A stretch of 64,000 bases of DNA from Sphaerobacteraceae bacterium (GTDB lineage: Bacteria > Chloroflexota > Chloroflexia > Thermomicrobiales > UBA6265). A program made the position numbers and the translations under genes. The notes beneath the pieces were generated by a model, which was given only the letters and a program-made list of their open reading frames with translations, searched no databases and had not been told where the DNA came from. Shown here in pieces: positions 18,843 to 28,940 of the stretch (the stretch's first letter is position 1; every line of letters starts with the position of its first letter). The stretch covers positions 33,017 through 97,016 of the forward strand of contig JADDPH010000091.1 in the NCBI GenBank assembly GCA_016781925.1, in the 5' to 3' direction.

Positions 18843-20348
18843 ATGACGTCAGAGCTGTACCGCAACTACATCGCGGGAAAGTGGGTCGACGCCGGGTCGG
18901 GCCAGACTTTCGAGCGCCGCAACCCGGCCACGGGCGAGTTGGTGGGGGTGTTTGCTAAGGGTGGCAAGGAGGACGTCGAGAACGCCGTCCAAGCCGCTTC
19001 GGCGGCGTTCGCCTCGTGGCGCCTTTACCCGGCCCCCAAACGGGGTGAGATTCTCTATCGAGCAGCCCAGATGCTCCTCGATCGAAAAGAGGACTTGGCG
19101 CGCGAAATGACGGAGGAGATGGGCAAGGTCATCGACGAGGCCCGGGGCGACGTCCAAGAGGCCATCGACATGACCTTTTACATGGCGGGTGAAGGCCGGC
19201 GCCTGTACGGTCAAACGACGCCGTCCGAGTTGCGCAGCAAGTTCAACATGTCGGTCCGCAAACCCATCGGCGTCTGCGGCATCATCACCCCCTGGAACTT
19301 CCCGCTCGCCATCCCCTCCTGGAAGATGATGCCTGCCCTCATCGCCGGGAACACCGTGGTATTCAAGCCCGCGAGCTTTACGCCCCGCATGGGCATCCGG
19401 TTGGTCGAGGTGCTGGAAGAGGCCGGCCTCCCCCCGGGAGTAGTCAATCTGGTGATGGGCAGCGGCGCCGAGGTGGGTGACGCCATCATCGAGCACCCCG
19501 ATGTTCCCCTGATCTCCTTCACCGGCTCGACTGAAACGGGAACGGACGTGGCAACCCGAGGGGCGCGCGTAAACAAACGAATCTCGCTTGAGATGGGCGG
19601 CAAGAACGCGGTGATCGTCATGGACGACGCGGATTTGGGCCTGGCGACGGATGGCATCCTGTGGAGCGCCTTCGGCACGTCCGGCCAGCGATGCACGGCC
19701 GCCAGCCGCGTGGTCGTCCACCGGTCGGTCCAGAAGGAACTGAGCGAGCGCCTGGTGGCCCGGGCCGGCGGGATGCGGCTCGGCAACGGGTTAGAGGCCA
19801 CGACGGACATCGGTCCTGTGGTCACGGAGCGCCAGCTGGAGACGATCAACGACTACGTTCACGTTGGTCGTGCCGAGGGGGCCAGACTGGCGACGGGGGG
19901 GGAGATTGCCCGTGATGGCGAGTTGTCCCGGGGGTTCTTCCACCAGCCCACGGTTTTCGATGAGGTCCGGGCAGATATGCGCATCGCTCAGGAGGAGATC
20001 TTCGGGCCGGTGACCGCGTTGATTCCGGTCGACTCGCTCGACGAAGCCATCGATGTGGTCAACGGTGTCAAGTACGGCCTGTCGGCCTCCATCTTCACTG
20101 CCGACATCAACCGGGCGTTCCGGGCCATGCAGGACATTTTCACCGGCATCCTTTACGTCAACGCGGGCACCACGGGCGCGGAGATCCATCTCCCGTTCGG
20201 GGGAACCAAGGCAACCGGGAACGGGCACCGCGAGGCGGGCACTGCGGCCCTCGATTTCTTCACCGAATGGCAGAGCATCTACGTCGACTTCAGCGGCCGG
20301 TTGCAGCGGGCGCAGATCGACCCGATTGAGGAAGACGGCAAGCCTTAG
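18843..20348 (+). CDS. NAD(P)-dependent aldehyde dehydrogenase
   Basis: [41 protein letters not shown]; start ATG 18843 after GGGAGG. Confidence 0.95.
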   Translation: MTSELYRNYIAGKWVDAGSGQTFERRNPATGELVGVFAKGGKEDVENAVQAASAAFASWRLYPAPKRGEILYRAAQMLLDRKEDLAREMTEEMGKVIDEARGDVQEAIDMTFYMAGEGRRLYGQTTPSELRSKFNMSVRKPIGVCGIITPWNFPLAIPSWKMMPALIAGNTVVFKPASFTPRMGIRLVEVLEEAGLPPGVVNLVMGSGAEVGDAIIEHPDVPLISFTGSTETGTDVATRGARVNKRISLEMGGKNAVIVMDDADLGLATDGILWSAFGTSGQRCTAASRVVVHRSVQKELSERLVARAGGMRLGNGLEATTDIGPVVTERQLETINDYVHVGRAEGARLATGGEIARDGELSRGFFHQPTVFDEVRADMRIAQEEIFGPVTALIPVDSLDEAIDVVNGVKYGLSASIFTADINRAFRAMQDIFTGILYVNAGTTGAEIHLPFGGTKATGNGHREAGTAALDFFTEWQSIYVDFSGRLQRAQIDPIEEDGKP

Positions 20349-20353
20349 CGAAC

Positions 20354-20398
20354 GCGAGAGGAAGGGCCAGTGGGCCGCTCCATCGCCCTTCCTCTCGC
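20354..20398. terminator. Hairpin between convergent ALDH and Rrf2 genes
   Basis: GCGAGAGGAAGGGC...GCCCTTCCTCTCGC, 14-bp perfect stem, no U-tract. Confidence 0.5.
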
Positions 20399-20483
20399 CC
20401 GCCTCGGTCGCTCCTCGCATTCATGCGTCAATCGACCCGCGCGGAGCGCCCGTCGGCACGCCAGCGGCCAGCGAACCCCGTCG

Positions 20484-20909
20484 TCAAATGCTGTAGTCGG
20501 CGGTCACGACCTCCGCATGGGCACGGTCCACGAGGAGACGGAAAGAGATCGATGCCAGGAAGGCCTCGGAGCGTTCCTGGAGCTCGTGCCAGGTCTGGTG
20601 GATGACATCACCATCGAGCCGGCTTCCCGGGTGGGGGTGAGCGCGCCGGTCCGGTCCGTCCAGCACATGCAGGATGTCAAGCACCGTGATCTCGGCTGGA
20701 TCCCGAGCAATCTCATGCCCGCCCAGCGGCCCACGCGTACTGCGGACGAATCCCGCCCGATTGAGGGCACCAAGCAATTGATGGAGATACGCTTCCGGAA
20801 TACCCTGCCGGGCCGCTATGTCCCGGCTCTGCGTCGGGCCCTGACCGTGCCGCTCGGCTAGGTCAAACAGCGCCCGCACGCCGTAGTCGGCCCTGCTTGA
20901 GACCCGCAT
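20484..20909 (-). CDS. Rrf2 family transcriptional regulator, CymR-like (no Cys)
   Basis: MRVSSRADYGVRAL, IPEAYLHQLL, VRSTRGPLGG, ITVLDILHVLDG; ends ADYSI. Confidence 0.9.
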   Translation of the reverse strand: MRVSSRADYGVRALFDLAERHGQGPTQSRDIAARQGIPEAYLHQLLGALNRAGFVRSTRGPLGGHEIARDPAEITVLDILHVLDGPDRRAHPHPGSRLDGDVIHQTWHELQERSEAFLASISFRLLVDRAHAEVVTADYSI

Positions 20910-21711
20910 GGAGCACCTCGTTCATGCTGCCTAGCCGGTAGCCTTCGAGGTCCAGCGCGACATACTGGTAGCCGGCGGCCTTGATCCCCGCCACGATCTC
21001 GTCGTGGCGCTCGACGACCGTGGCCATCGCTGCGGGAGGAACCTCGATCCGGGCCACCGTGTCGTGGTGACGGACGCGGAAACCACGAAAGCCCATTCCC
21101 TTCAAGCACGCCTCTGCTGCCGCCACTTTCGCCAATTTCTCGACGGTGATCGGGTCACCATAGGCAAAGCGGGAGGAGAGGCAGGCAACGGCGGGTTTGT
21201 CCCAGGTCCGCAGCCCAAGGAACGCGGAGATCTCTCGCACCTCGCGCTTCGTCAAGCCCGCCTCCCGGAGGGGGCTACGAACACCCAGGTCCCGAGCGGC
21301 GCGCATCCCTGGCCGGAAGTCATCCGCATCATCGGCATTCGCCCCATCAACCACGACCCGAAGGCCGCGCACACGGGCAACCTCGGTGAGCCGGCCATAC
21401 AGTTCCGTCTTGCAGAAGAAACAGCGCTGGTGGCTGTTGTTCGCGTACCGGGGATCGGTCAACTCCATCGTGGAGACGATGAGGTGCTCCGCTCCCATCT
21501 CCTCGGCGATAGCCGTCGCCTCGGCCATCTCGTCGGCGGCGTACGTCTGTGAGAGTCCTGTGGCAGCGACCGCCCGCTCACCAAGGGCGTCGTGGGCAAC
21601 GCGAAGGACAAGTGTGCTGTCCACCCCACCGGAGAAGGAGACGAGGACAGACTCCATGTCACTCACGATGGACTGGAGCCGACGGTATTTCTCTTCTGCG
21701 GCGTGCTTCAC
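20863..21711 (-). CDS. larE: LarE family ATP-dependent sulfur insertase
   Basis: PP-loop SGGVDS, RCFFCK, DDFRPGMRA, KPAVACLSSRF, RVRHH..ARIEV, DLEGYRLGSMN. Confidence 0.92.
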   Translation of the reverse strand: MKHAAEEKYRRLQSIVSDMESVLVSFSGGVDSTLVLRVAHDALGERAVAATGLSQTYAADEMAEATAIAEEMGAEHLIVSTMELTDPRYANNSHQRCFFCKTELYGRLTEVARVRGLRVVVDGANADDADDFRPGMRAARDLGVRSPLREAGLTKREVREISAFLGLRTWDKPAVACLSSRFAYGDPITVEKLAKVAAAEACLKGMGFRGFRVRHHDTVARIEVPPAAMATVVERHDEIVAGIKAAGYQYVALDLEGYRLGSMNEVLHAGLKQGRLRRAGAV

Positions 21712-21897
21712 AGTGCCCTCGGTACGGTGGGGTTGTCATGGAGAACGCTCATTCGACAGCGGACCAGGATGCTACCAGCGATCCAGCTTCCGCCGCAAGA
21801 AGGAGCGCGGCTTCTCCCGCGTTGGACTCGGCTTCGTTGTGGCTCGCCTGGAAGATGCGAGGTCCTCCCCATCGGTACGAAAAATGTTAGCGGCGGT

Positions 21898-21927
21898 TTG
21901 ACATGATCTTGGAGACGTGGCTATAGT
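21898..21927 (+). promoter_or_regulatory. Sigma-70 promoter of peptide ABC operon
   Basis: TTGACA-18 nt-TATAGT. Confidence 0.65.
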
Positions 21928-22202
21928 CCCTCATCGACAGTGTCGATTACCTGAGCACTTCGGCGTCTTTGATCTCTCCGTCGTCGTTTCCTTCCGGCGA
22001 CCCCCGTGCAGTCCAAGCAAGCAGCGCTTGGGTGCGACGATGGGTTGGGAACGCGGATCGCCTGGGCTGAGAGGTGAGATGCGCTAGCTGACAAGCTAGA
22101 AGGGCAAACGGCTTACGGGCGGCAACGGAGGCGCTCGAAAGCTCAGCCGGCCACGGTGGCCGGGTGAGTGCTTGGGTCGGTAGCAGCGGAGGAGTTGACC
22201 CG

Positions 22203-23999
22203 ATGCTTCGTCGCAATAGGCAGTTCGAGGAGTTGATCGGCGAGGTCCGTGCGGGCCGCGTTGACCGACGCGAGTTTTTGAAGCGAGCCGCGGCCATCGG
22301 GCTCTCGGCGTCAACAATCGGACTCGCCCTCCGGGCAGAGGCAGCCCTCGCCCAGGAGGGATCCCCTGCCGCCGCTGGGGCAGGCGAGACTATCACGTCC
22401 ATCACCACTGAAGAGTACCTGAAAAACGTTCGGGAGGCGTTCCCGTTTGAGGAACCCCAGAACCAGGGTGGCCAAGTCATCCTCGGCGACTCGACGGATA
22501 TCAGCACCGTCAACGCCATGCTTGCCGGAGATTCACCCACCTTTGACGTGATTCTGGGCACGGTATACGAAACGCTCTACGGCAGCAGCGTCATCAATGG
22601 TCAGCCGGTTCCGTCCGGCCTTGCCAACTTTTGGGAGATCGCGCCGGACGGGGTCACGTACACCTTCCATCTCAACGAGGACGCTGTCTGGCATGACGGT
22701 GAGCCTGTCACGGCTGAGGATGTCGTCTTCAGTTTTGACGCTGCCCTGAACCCCGAGACGGGAACCACGTATCTAACGTCCAACGAGGCGGCTATCGCAT
22801 CCTATAAGGCGATCGACGAGCACACCTTCCAGCTCGTTGCGAAGGATCGACTGGTCACGTTCCTCTATGATGTCTTCGTACCGATCATGCCGAAGCATAT
22901 CTGGGAGAACGTGCCGCCAGCGGAGTGGGCGACCGATCCCGGGAGCATTGGCACGGATCCGAGCCGGGTCATCGGGAGCGGCCCCTTCAAGTTCGTCGAG
23001 TGGGTCCAGGGCGACCATGTCACGTTGACCAAGTTCGACGACTACTACGCGGATGTCCCGAACATCCAAGAGTTCATCTTCCGCGTCCTCCCGGATGACG
23101 CTGCGGCAGTGCAGGCATTGCGCACCGGCGAGGTTGATATTGTCGACGGCGTCCCGCCGGCGCAGTTCGAAGAATTGGAGGCGGCCGAGGGCATTGAGGC
23201 GGAGGCGTACGACACATTTAGCTTCACCTGGTACGCCTACAATCTCGACCCTGAGAAAACCACTCTCTTCCAGGACAAAGAGGTGCGTCAGGCACTCTTC
23301 TACGCACTGGATCGGGAAGCCATCGTCGAGAACATCTTGCTCGGCTTCGGTGAGGTGGCACAGGGGACACAGCCAATTCTCTCCATCGCTTACGCTCCCG
23401 ACAAGCTCGCGACGAGGTACGACTACAATCCTGAGCGTGCACAGGAGTTGCTGGAGCAAGCGGGCTGGGTCGATACCGACGGTGACGGCATTCGAGAGAA
23501 GAACGGCCAGCCACTCCGGTTCGAAGCAATGACCTCTGAGGGCGCCGCGACCAACGAGCAGATGATCGCCTACATGCAGGAAGCGTGGCGGGAGATCGGC
23601 GTCGACATGCAGCCGGTCTTTGTCCCGTTCCCAACTCTGCTCGATGCGATCAACGAGACTCACGACTTCGACATGGTTCTGCTTGGGTTCGGCTGGGATC
23701 CGTCCGGGAACCAGGAAGCCATGTTCGCCTGCGCTTCCTACGAGGGTTCATTCAATGTCATGAAGTACTGCAATGAGCAGTACGATGCGTTGAACGAACA
23801 GCAGAAGCGCGAGTTCGACCAGGCAGCTCGGATTAACCTGCTCATTGAGCAGTCAAACATCATCAATGACGACCTGCCGGTCGGGATCGTCGCGTTCCGT
23901 CAAGATCGCACCGCGTTCTCCGAGGCGTTGCACAACTTCTTCCCCATCGGCCTCGGTCTCCTCTGGAGCCTGTCGTACATCTGGGTCGAGCAGTCGTAG
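22203..23999 (+). CDS. Peptide/nickel ABC transporter substrate-binding protein (family 5) with Tat signal
   Basis: DRREFLK twin-Arg signal; WHDGEPVTAEDVVFS, IGSGPFKFVEW, VRQALFYALDR, YDYNPERAQELLEQAGW; start ATG 22203 after GGAGGAG. Confidence 0.93.
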   Translation: MLRRNRQFEELIGEVRAGRVDRREFLKRAAAIGLSASTIGLALRAEAALAQEGSPAAAGAGETITSITTEEYLKNVREAFPFEEPQNQGGQVILGDSTDISTVNAMLAGDSPTFDVILGTVYETLYGSSVINGQPVPSGLANFWEIAPDGVTYTFHLNEDAVWHDGEPVTAEDVVFSFDAALNPETGTTYLTSNEAAIASYKAIDEHTFQLVAKDRLVTFLYDVFVPIMPKHIWENVPPAEWATDPGSIGTDPSRVIGSGPFKFVEWVQGDHVTLTKFDDYYADVPNIQEFIFRVLPDDAAAVQALRTGEVDIVDGVPPAQFEELEAAEGIEAEAYDTFSFTWYAYNLDPEKTTLFQDKEVRQALFYALDREAIVENILLGFGEVAQGTQPILSIAYAPDKLATRYDYNPERAQELLEQAGWVDTDGDGIREKNGQPLRFEAMTSEGAATNEQMIAYMQEAWREIGVDMQPVFVPFPTLLDAINETHDFDMVLLGFGWDPSGNQEAMFACASYEGSFNVMKYCNEQYDALNEQQKREFDQAARINLLIEQSNIINDDLPVGIVAFRQDRTAFSEALHNFFPIGLGLLWSLSYIWVEQS

Positions 24000-24017
24000 C
24001 ACTGTAGACCATCGTCC

Positions 24018-24047
24018 GTGTGTGGGGGCGCCAGGGCCCCCACACAC
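24018..24047 (+). other. Intergenic stem-loop after the SBP gene (mRNA stabiliser or partial terminator)
   Basis: GTGTGTGGGGGC-gccagg-GCCCCCACACAC. Confidence 0.55.
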
Positions 24048-24135
24048 ACTCACCTCCGGGCAGCCGCCACATCAGAGGGTCGCAACCTCCCATCTCCCCG
24101 CCTTCGACCACTTCGGTAGAGAGAGGCCAGTCGTT

Positions 24136-25104
24136 ATGGCACGATTCGTCATTACTCGGCTCCTCCAGATGATCCCGCTGCTCATCGGCATTACCTTCCT
24201 CACGTTCGCAATCGTCAATTTAGTTCCCGGCAGTCCCGTGTCCAGGTACGAGTTCAACCCTCGCGCCAGGCCCGAGGATATCGAGCGAATTAAGCGGAAC
24301 CTGGGTCTCGATCAGCCGTGGCCCGTGCGCTATGTGCAGTGGCTGGGCAACGTCGCCCGCGGCGATCTCGGCATCTCCTTAGTCAACTACACTCCGGTAC
24401 GCGCGCGAATTCTTAATGTGCTGCCGAACACGCTGCTTCTGACGATGACATCGCTCGTCTTCGCCCTCCTCCTTTCAATCCCGGTCGGCATTTATGCGGC
24501 GGTGAAACGCAACTCCTGGTTCGACAACGTTTCGACCGTCGGCTCCATAGCGACCTTCGCGATGCCCTCGTTCTGGCTTGGTCTCCTGTTGATTCTGCTC
24601 TTCGCCGTCAAGTTCTACGAGTGGGGATTGCCCTCCCTGCCGGCCGGCGGGACCCGCACCCTTCGGGGCGAGACAGGGTTCCTGGATCGAGTCCAGCATC
24701 TCATTCTGCCCTCCCTCGCGCTTGGATTGGTACAGCTGGCCGCCTGGATGCGTTACATCCGCTCCTCGATGCTGGAGGTAATCCGACAGGACTTTGTTCG
24801 TACCGCCCAGGCGAAGGGATTGCGGGATCGCGTCGTGCTTTACAGTCACGCCTTCCGCAATGCGTTGCTCCCGCTCGTCACCCTGGTTGGCCTCTCCATC
24901 CCCGACCTCTTCGGTGGTGCCGTCATCATCGAACAGGTCTTCGCGTGGAACGGGGTGGGCCGACTCATCAACGATGCCGCGCAAAGCAGCGACTACACGT
25001 TGGTCATGGGCGCCGTTCTGATGCTGGCAGTACTTACCCTGCTGGCCAACCTCTTGGCGGACGTCCTCTACGCCATTCTCGATCCGCGAATTAGGTACGA
25101 TTGA
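24136..25104 (+). CDS. Peptide ABC permease (OppB/DppB-like)
   Basis: GLDQPWPVRYVQWL..GDLGIS, FVRTAQAKGL, HAFRNALLP, ADVLYAILDPRIR. Confidence 0.93.
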   Translation: MARFVITRLLQMIPLLIGITFLTFAIVNLVPGSPVSRYEFNPRARPEDIERIKRNLGLDQPWPVRYVQWLGNVARGDLGISLVNYTPVRARILNVLPNTLLLTMTSLVFALLLSIPVGIYAAVKRNSWFDNVSTVGSIATFAMPSFWLGLLLILLFAVKFYEWGLPSLPAGGTRTLRGETGFLDRVQHLILPSLALGLVQLAAWMRYIRSSMLEVIRQDFVRTAQAKGLRDRVVLYSHAFRNALLPLVTLVGLSIPDLFGGAVIIEQVFAWNGVGRLINDAAQSSDYTLVMGAVLMLAVLTLLANLLADVLYAILDPRIRYD

Positions 25105-25186
25105 GCTACCAGGGCCCAGCGCCTCTGTTTCCTGGTTCGCGATCTTCGCGCTGCTTCATAAAGAGTCGTTGAGGAGCGATAACGAC

Positions 25187-26140
25187 ATGGCACAGCGAAC
25201 TCAGCGCCTGACGGCAGAGGTTGCCCCCGAAAGAGTGGAGAGACTGGATCCGAATACCCTCAGCCGGAACGAACTCCGCTCGACTCCAGGGCTGTATCGG
25301 CGCGCCTGGCGCCGCTATCGACGGAACAAGATCGCGATGGTTGCCCTGTCCGTGTTCGTCGTCATCGTATTGTTCGTACTCTCAGCGGACATGCTCTCAA
25401 GGTACGTGACGCACGTGACCTACTGGAAGGGCAACTTGCGGGGCCAGTTCCTCGCCCCGTTCAGCGAGGGACACATTCTCGGCACTGACTCCAACGGGCG
25501 TGATGTCCTGACGCGCCTGGCCTACGGCGGACGGGTCTCCCTGCTGGTCGCGGGCCTTGCGGTACTCACCACGCTCACAATCGGTAGTGCAGTCGGAGCG
25601 ATAGCTGGCTACTTCGGTGGGTTCCTGGATTCGTTCTTCATGCGACTGGTCGATGTTCTGCTTGCAATCCCGGGTCTGCCACTCCTCATTCTGATCTTTG
25701 CATTGTACCGGCCGAACGCCGCTGGCCTAGCCATCGTCCTAGGTTTATTAAGCTGGGCCGGAGTTGCCCGCCTGATCCGCGGAGAAGTCCTGTCCATCCG
25801 AGGGAGGGATTACGTTGACGCAGCGCGGGTGATCGGCGCATCAAACGGACGCATCATCTGGCGCCACATCTTCCCGAACATCGTGCCGATCATCGTGGTG
25901 TGGATTTCCCTAGCAATCCCCAGCGTCATCCTCGCGGAGGCGGCATTGAGCTACTTGGGCTTTGGCGTCCAGGTGCCGACGCCATCTTGGGGCAACATGC
26001 TCCAAGGCGCCAAGGACTACTACACCCGGTCCTGGACTAACGTCTTCATTCCGGGCTTCATGATTTACATCACCGTCCTTGCCATCAACCTTGTTGGGAA
26101 CGGTCTACGGGACGCCCTTGATCCGCGCCTGAACGACTAG
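25187..26140 (+). CDS. Peptide ABC permease (OppC/DppC-like)
   Basis: HILGTDSNGRDV, YVDAARVIGAS, EAALSYLGFGV, GNGLRDALDPR. Confidence 0.93.
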   Translation: MAQRTQRLTAEVAPERVERLDPNTLSRNELRSTPGLYRRAWRRYRRNKIAMVALSVFVVIVLFVLSADMLSRYVTHVTYWKGNLRGQFLAPFSEGHILGTDSNGRDVLTRLAYGGRVSLLVAGLAVLTTLTIGSAVGAIAGYFGGFLDSFFMRLVDVLLAIPGLPLLILIFALYRPNAAGLAIVLGLLSWAGVARLIRGEVLSIRGRDYVDAARVIGASNGRIIWRHIFPNIVPIIVVWISLAIPSVILAEAALSYLGFGVQVPTPSWGNMLQGAKDYYTRSWTNVFIPGFMIYITVLAINLVGNGLRDALDPRLND

Positions 26141-26270
26141 CGCTCACAGTGATCGTCCGGCATTCCCTGAGAGAGTGTTCCCTCACCAAGGGCGCCGTGC
26201 GAGTCCTGACATCCTCAACTTCGAAATATCGTGATTGGGTAGCACGGCCGGCACTTCATCGAACCGCAAG

Positions 26271-26312
26271 ACGAATAAGGGGCGGCGCGTCATAGCGCCG
26301 CCCCTTATTCGT
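26271..26312. terminator. Terminator hairpin between convergent oppC-like gene and pnp
   Basis: Perfect 18-bp inverted repeat ACGAATAAGGGGCGGCGC-gtcata-GCGCCGCCCCTTATTCGT. Confidence 0.75.
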
Positions 26313-26334
26313 GGTGATTAAGAGTGAACTAGGT

Positions 26335-28692
26335 CTAGTTCTCTCCTGAGAAGGGCGGACGACCCCGGCTGTCCGCCGGGCGGCTCGACAACCCCTGGCG
26401 CTCCCCGTCAGGCTCGGGGCGACGGCCCACCGGAGGGCCGCTCCGAGGGCGGTCGTCCCCCTGGGGGCCGCCGGGTCCTCGATCCGGACGGCGCGGTCCT
26501 CGGTCGAACCGATCACTGCCAGGCCGAGGCCCCCGTTCGGCCTTCGGTTCCGGAAGCTCTCCCGTGATGGCCGCTCGCCGGGAGAGGCTAACTTTGCCGT
26601 TGGGTGCGACCTCGGTGACCATCACCTTCACCTCGTCGCCGACGTTCAACACGTCTTCGACGCGGTTGACGCGGATGGCGGGGTCCTCGGACAACTCCGA
26701 GATGTGAACCAGTCCATCCTTGCCCGGCAGGAGCTCGACAAATGCGCCATAGGGCATGATGCTCACCACCTTGCCGGTATAGATCTCCCCCCGCTCAATG
26801 CGGATCTCCTGGGTCAAGCCCAGGATTTTGGCGATGGCTCGCTCCGCGCCTGCCGGATCGGCCGAGGAGATGGAGACGGTGCCGTCGTCCTCGATGTCGA
26901 TCTTGGTCCCGGTCTCCTCCTGCAACGAGCGAATCATCTTGCCGCCGGGGCCGATCACCGCGCCAATTTTCTCCGGGTTGATCTTGAGGCGCTGAACCCG
27001 TGGAGCGAACGGCGACAACGATTCCCGCGGTTCGGCAATGGTCTCTGCCATCTTGCCGAGGATGTGCTGTCGACCGGCGTGCGCCTGCTCCAGGGCCTGC
27101 CGCATGATCTCGGCGGTGATGCCCTTGACCTTGATATCCATCTGGATCGCAGTGACACCGACGCTCGTGCCGGCCACCTTGAAGTCCATGTCGCCGAGAG
27201 CGTCCTCCATCCCTTGGATGTCCGTGAGGACCGTGAAGCCGCCGCTCTCACCCCCGGTAATAAGGCCCATCGCCACGCCGGCCACCGGCGCCGAGATCGG
27301 GACTCCGGCGTCCATCAACGCCATGCTGCTCCCGCAGACGCTGGCCATCGAGGTGGACCCGTTGGAGCTGACCACCTCCGAGACCAGGCGCATGGTGTAG
27401 GGGAACTCGTCGGCATCGGGAATCACGGCGAGCAGGGCCCGCTCTGCCAGGGCGCCGTGGCCGATATCGCGACGACTCGCCCCTCGGAGCCGCCGCACCT
27501 CGCCGACACTGAACGGCGGGAAGTTGTAGTGGTGGATATAGCGCTTACGGTCTTCCGGGCTGATCGAATCCAGACGCTGTTCCTCGGCCGTCGACCCCAG
27601 CGTGACCGTCGTGACGACCTGGGTCTGTCCCCGGGTGAAGATGGCTGATCCGTGAGTCCGCGGCAGGTAGCCGACCTTGCTCCAGATCGGCCGCACCTCG
27701 TCCGGGCGCCGCCCGTCCGGGCGGATACCCTCGCGCAGGATGCTGCCCCGCACCTCCTCCTTCAGCAGCCCCTCGAACGCGTCCGTGAGGTCTTTGGCAG
27801 CGTAGCGAGGCTCGGCACCGTCCTCACCACCGGCAAGGTGAGCGAGAACCTCCCGCTTTAGCCCACTGGTGCCTTCCAGTCGAACAACCTTGTCAGGGTT
27901 CCGGACCGCACTGGCGAGGCGGTCGCCCAAGAAGTCCCGCACAGCCGCGATCAACTCCGAGTTCTTCTCGGGCGGGGTGAAGAGCCACTTTTCCGTGCCG
28001 ACCTGGGCTGCCAGCTCGCGCTGAATCGCGACGAGGCGCTTGATCTCCTCATGAGCGGCAGTGAATGCCTCCAACAAGGTGGCTTCGGGCAACTCCTGCG
28101 CCTCACCCTCCACCATCATGATCGCGTCGTCCGTCCCCGCCACAACCGCGTCCAGGGCGCTGTCCGCCAGGTCAAGGTTGGTCGGGTTGACGACGACCTG
28201 TCCGTCGATGTACCCGACTCTGACGGCCGCGATCGGCCCCTCGAACGGAATGGGGGAAATCGTGAGAGCTGCGGACGCGGCAATGATGGAGAGCGTATCG
28301 GGGTCATTCTCCTGGTCCGCCGACATCACCGTGTTGATGATCTGAACCTCGGCCCGGTAACCCTTCGGGAAGAGCGGCCGGATTGGACGGTCCGTGAGCC
28401 GCGCTGCCAGGATTGCCGCCTCGGTAGGGCGGCCTTCTCGCTTGATGAACCCGCCCGGAATCTTGCCGGCGGCGTACATCCGCTCCTCGTAGTCCACGGT
28501 GAGCGGGAAGAAGTCCATGTGCTCCTTCGGCTCCCGCTCGCCGACCACCGCGGCCAACACCATCGTGTCGCCGTAGCGGATAAGCACGGCGCCATGAGCC
28601 TGTTCCGCCAGGAGGCCCGTCTCCAAGGAAAGCGTGCGTCCCGCGACCTCCGTCGAGACCGTCTTGACGCGCGTCGTGTAATCCAGTGCCAT
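26335..28692 (-). CDS. pnp: Polyribonucleotide nucleotidyltransferase
   Basis: FFPLTVDYEE, GKIPGGFIKREGRP, RPDGR, HGSAIFTRGQTQ, SNGSTSMASVC, GDMDFKVAG, KH and S1 domains; start ATG 28692 after GGAGG. Confidence 0.98.
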   Translation of the reverse strand: MALDYTTRVKTVSTEVAGRTLSLETGLLAEQAHGAVLIRYGDTMVLAAVVGEREPKEHMDFFPLTVDYEERMYAAGKIPGGFIKREGRPTEAAILAARLTDRPIRPLFPKGYRAEVQIINTVMSADQENDPDTLSIIAASAALTISPIPFEGPIAAVRVGYIDGQVVVNPTNLDLADSALDAVVAGTDDAIMMVEGEAQELPEATLLEAFTAAHEEIKRLVAIQRELAAQVGTEKWLFTPPEKNSELIAAVRDFLGDRLASAVRNPDKVVRLEGTSGLKREVLAHLAGGEDGAEPRYAAKDLTDAFEGLLKEEVRGSILREGIRPDGRRPDEVRPIWSKVGYLPRTHGSAIFTRGQTQVVTTVTLGSTAEEQRLDSISPEDRKRYIHHYNFPPFSVGEVRRLRGASRRDIGHGALAERALLAVIPDADEFPYTMRLVSEVVSSNGSTSMASVCGSSMALMDAGVPISAPVAGVAMGLITGGESGGFTVLTDIQGMEDALGDMDFKVAGTSVGVTAIQMDIKVKGITAEIMRQALEQAHAGRQHILGKMAETIAEPRESLSPFAPRVQRLKINPEKIGAVIGPGGKMIRSLQEETGTKIDIEDDGTVSISSADPAGAERAIAKILGLTQEIRIERGEIYTGKVVSIMPYGAFVELLPGKDGLVHISELSEDPAIRVNRVEDVLNVGDEVKVMVTEVAPNGKVSLSRRAAITGELPEPKAERGPRPGSDRFDRGPRRPDRGPGGPQGDDRPRSGPPVGRRPEPDGERQGLSSRPADSRGRPPFSGEN

Positions 28693-28797
28693 CCGGTTAG
28701 ATCCTCCAATACCGCGGTACCGCATCTCGGGCACCCCGCGGCTCGAACTGCGCCGCCATCGTTTCGGCGGCAGCGAGAGTGACGCCTGGGTAGGACC

Positions 28798-28871
28798 GCG
28801 GAGTGATGAGGGACTGGGGTGTGCCGGCGCCGGTTCTGGCCGCGCCGGCACACCCCAATTCCTCATCTCGC
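28798..28871 (-). promoter_or_regulatory. Long stem-loop in pnp leader (candidate RNase III site)
   Basis: GATGAGG-gac-TGGGGTGTGCCGGCGC pairs with GCGCCGGCACACCCCA-att-CCTCATC. Confidence 0.6.
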
Positions 28872-28940
28872 TCGTCTCCCAAGCCGACTTGTCACACCAT
28901 GCGTTCCCCTTTCCGTGATCGGCACCAAGGCAATGACGAA

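Noticed and set aside
22060-22165. GGGCTGAGAG (TPP-like) and GGGCAAAC (c-di-GMP-I-like) fragments
   Set aside because: The remaining conserved elements of those riboswitches are missing; kept only as an unassigned structured leader.
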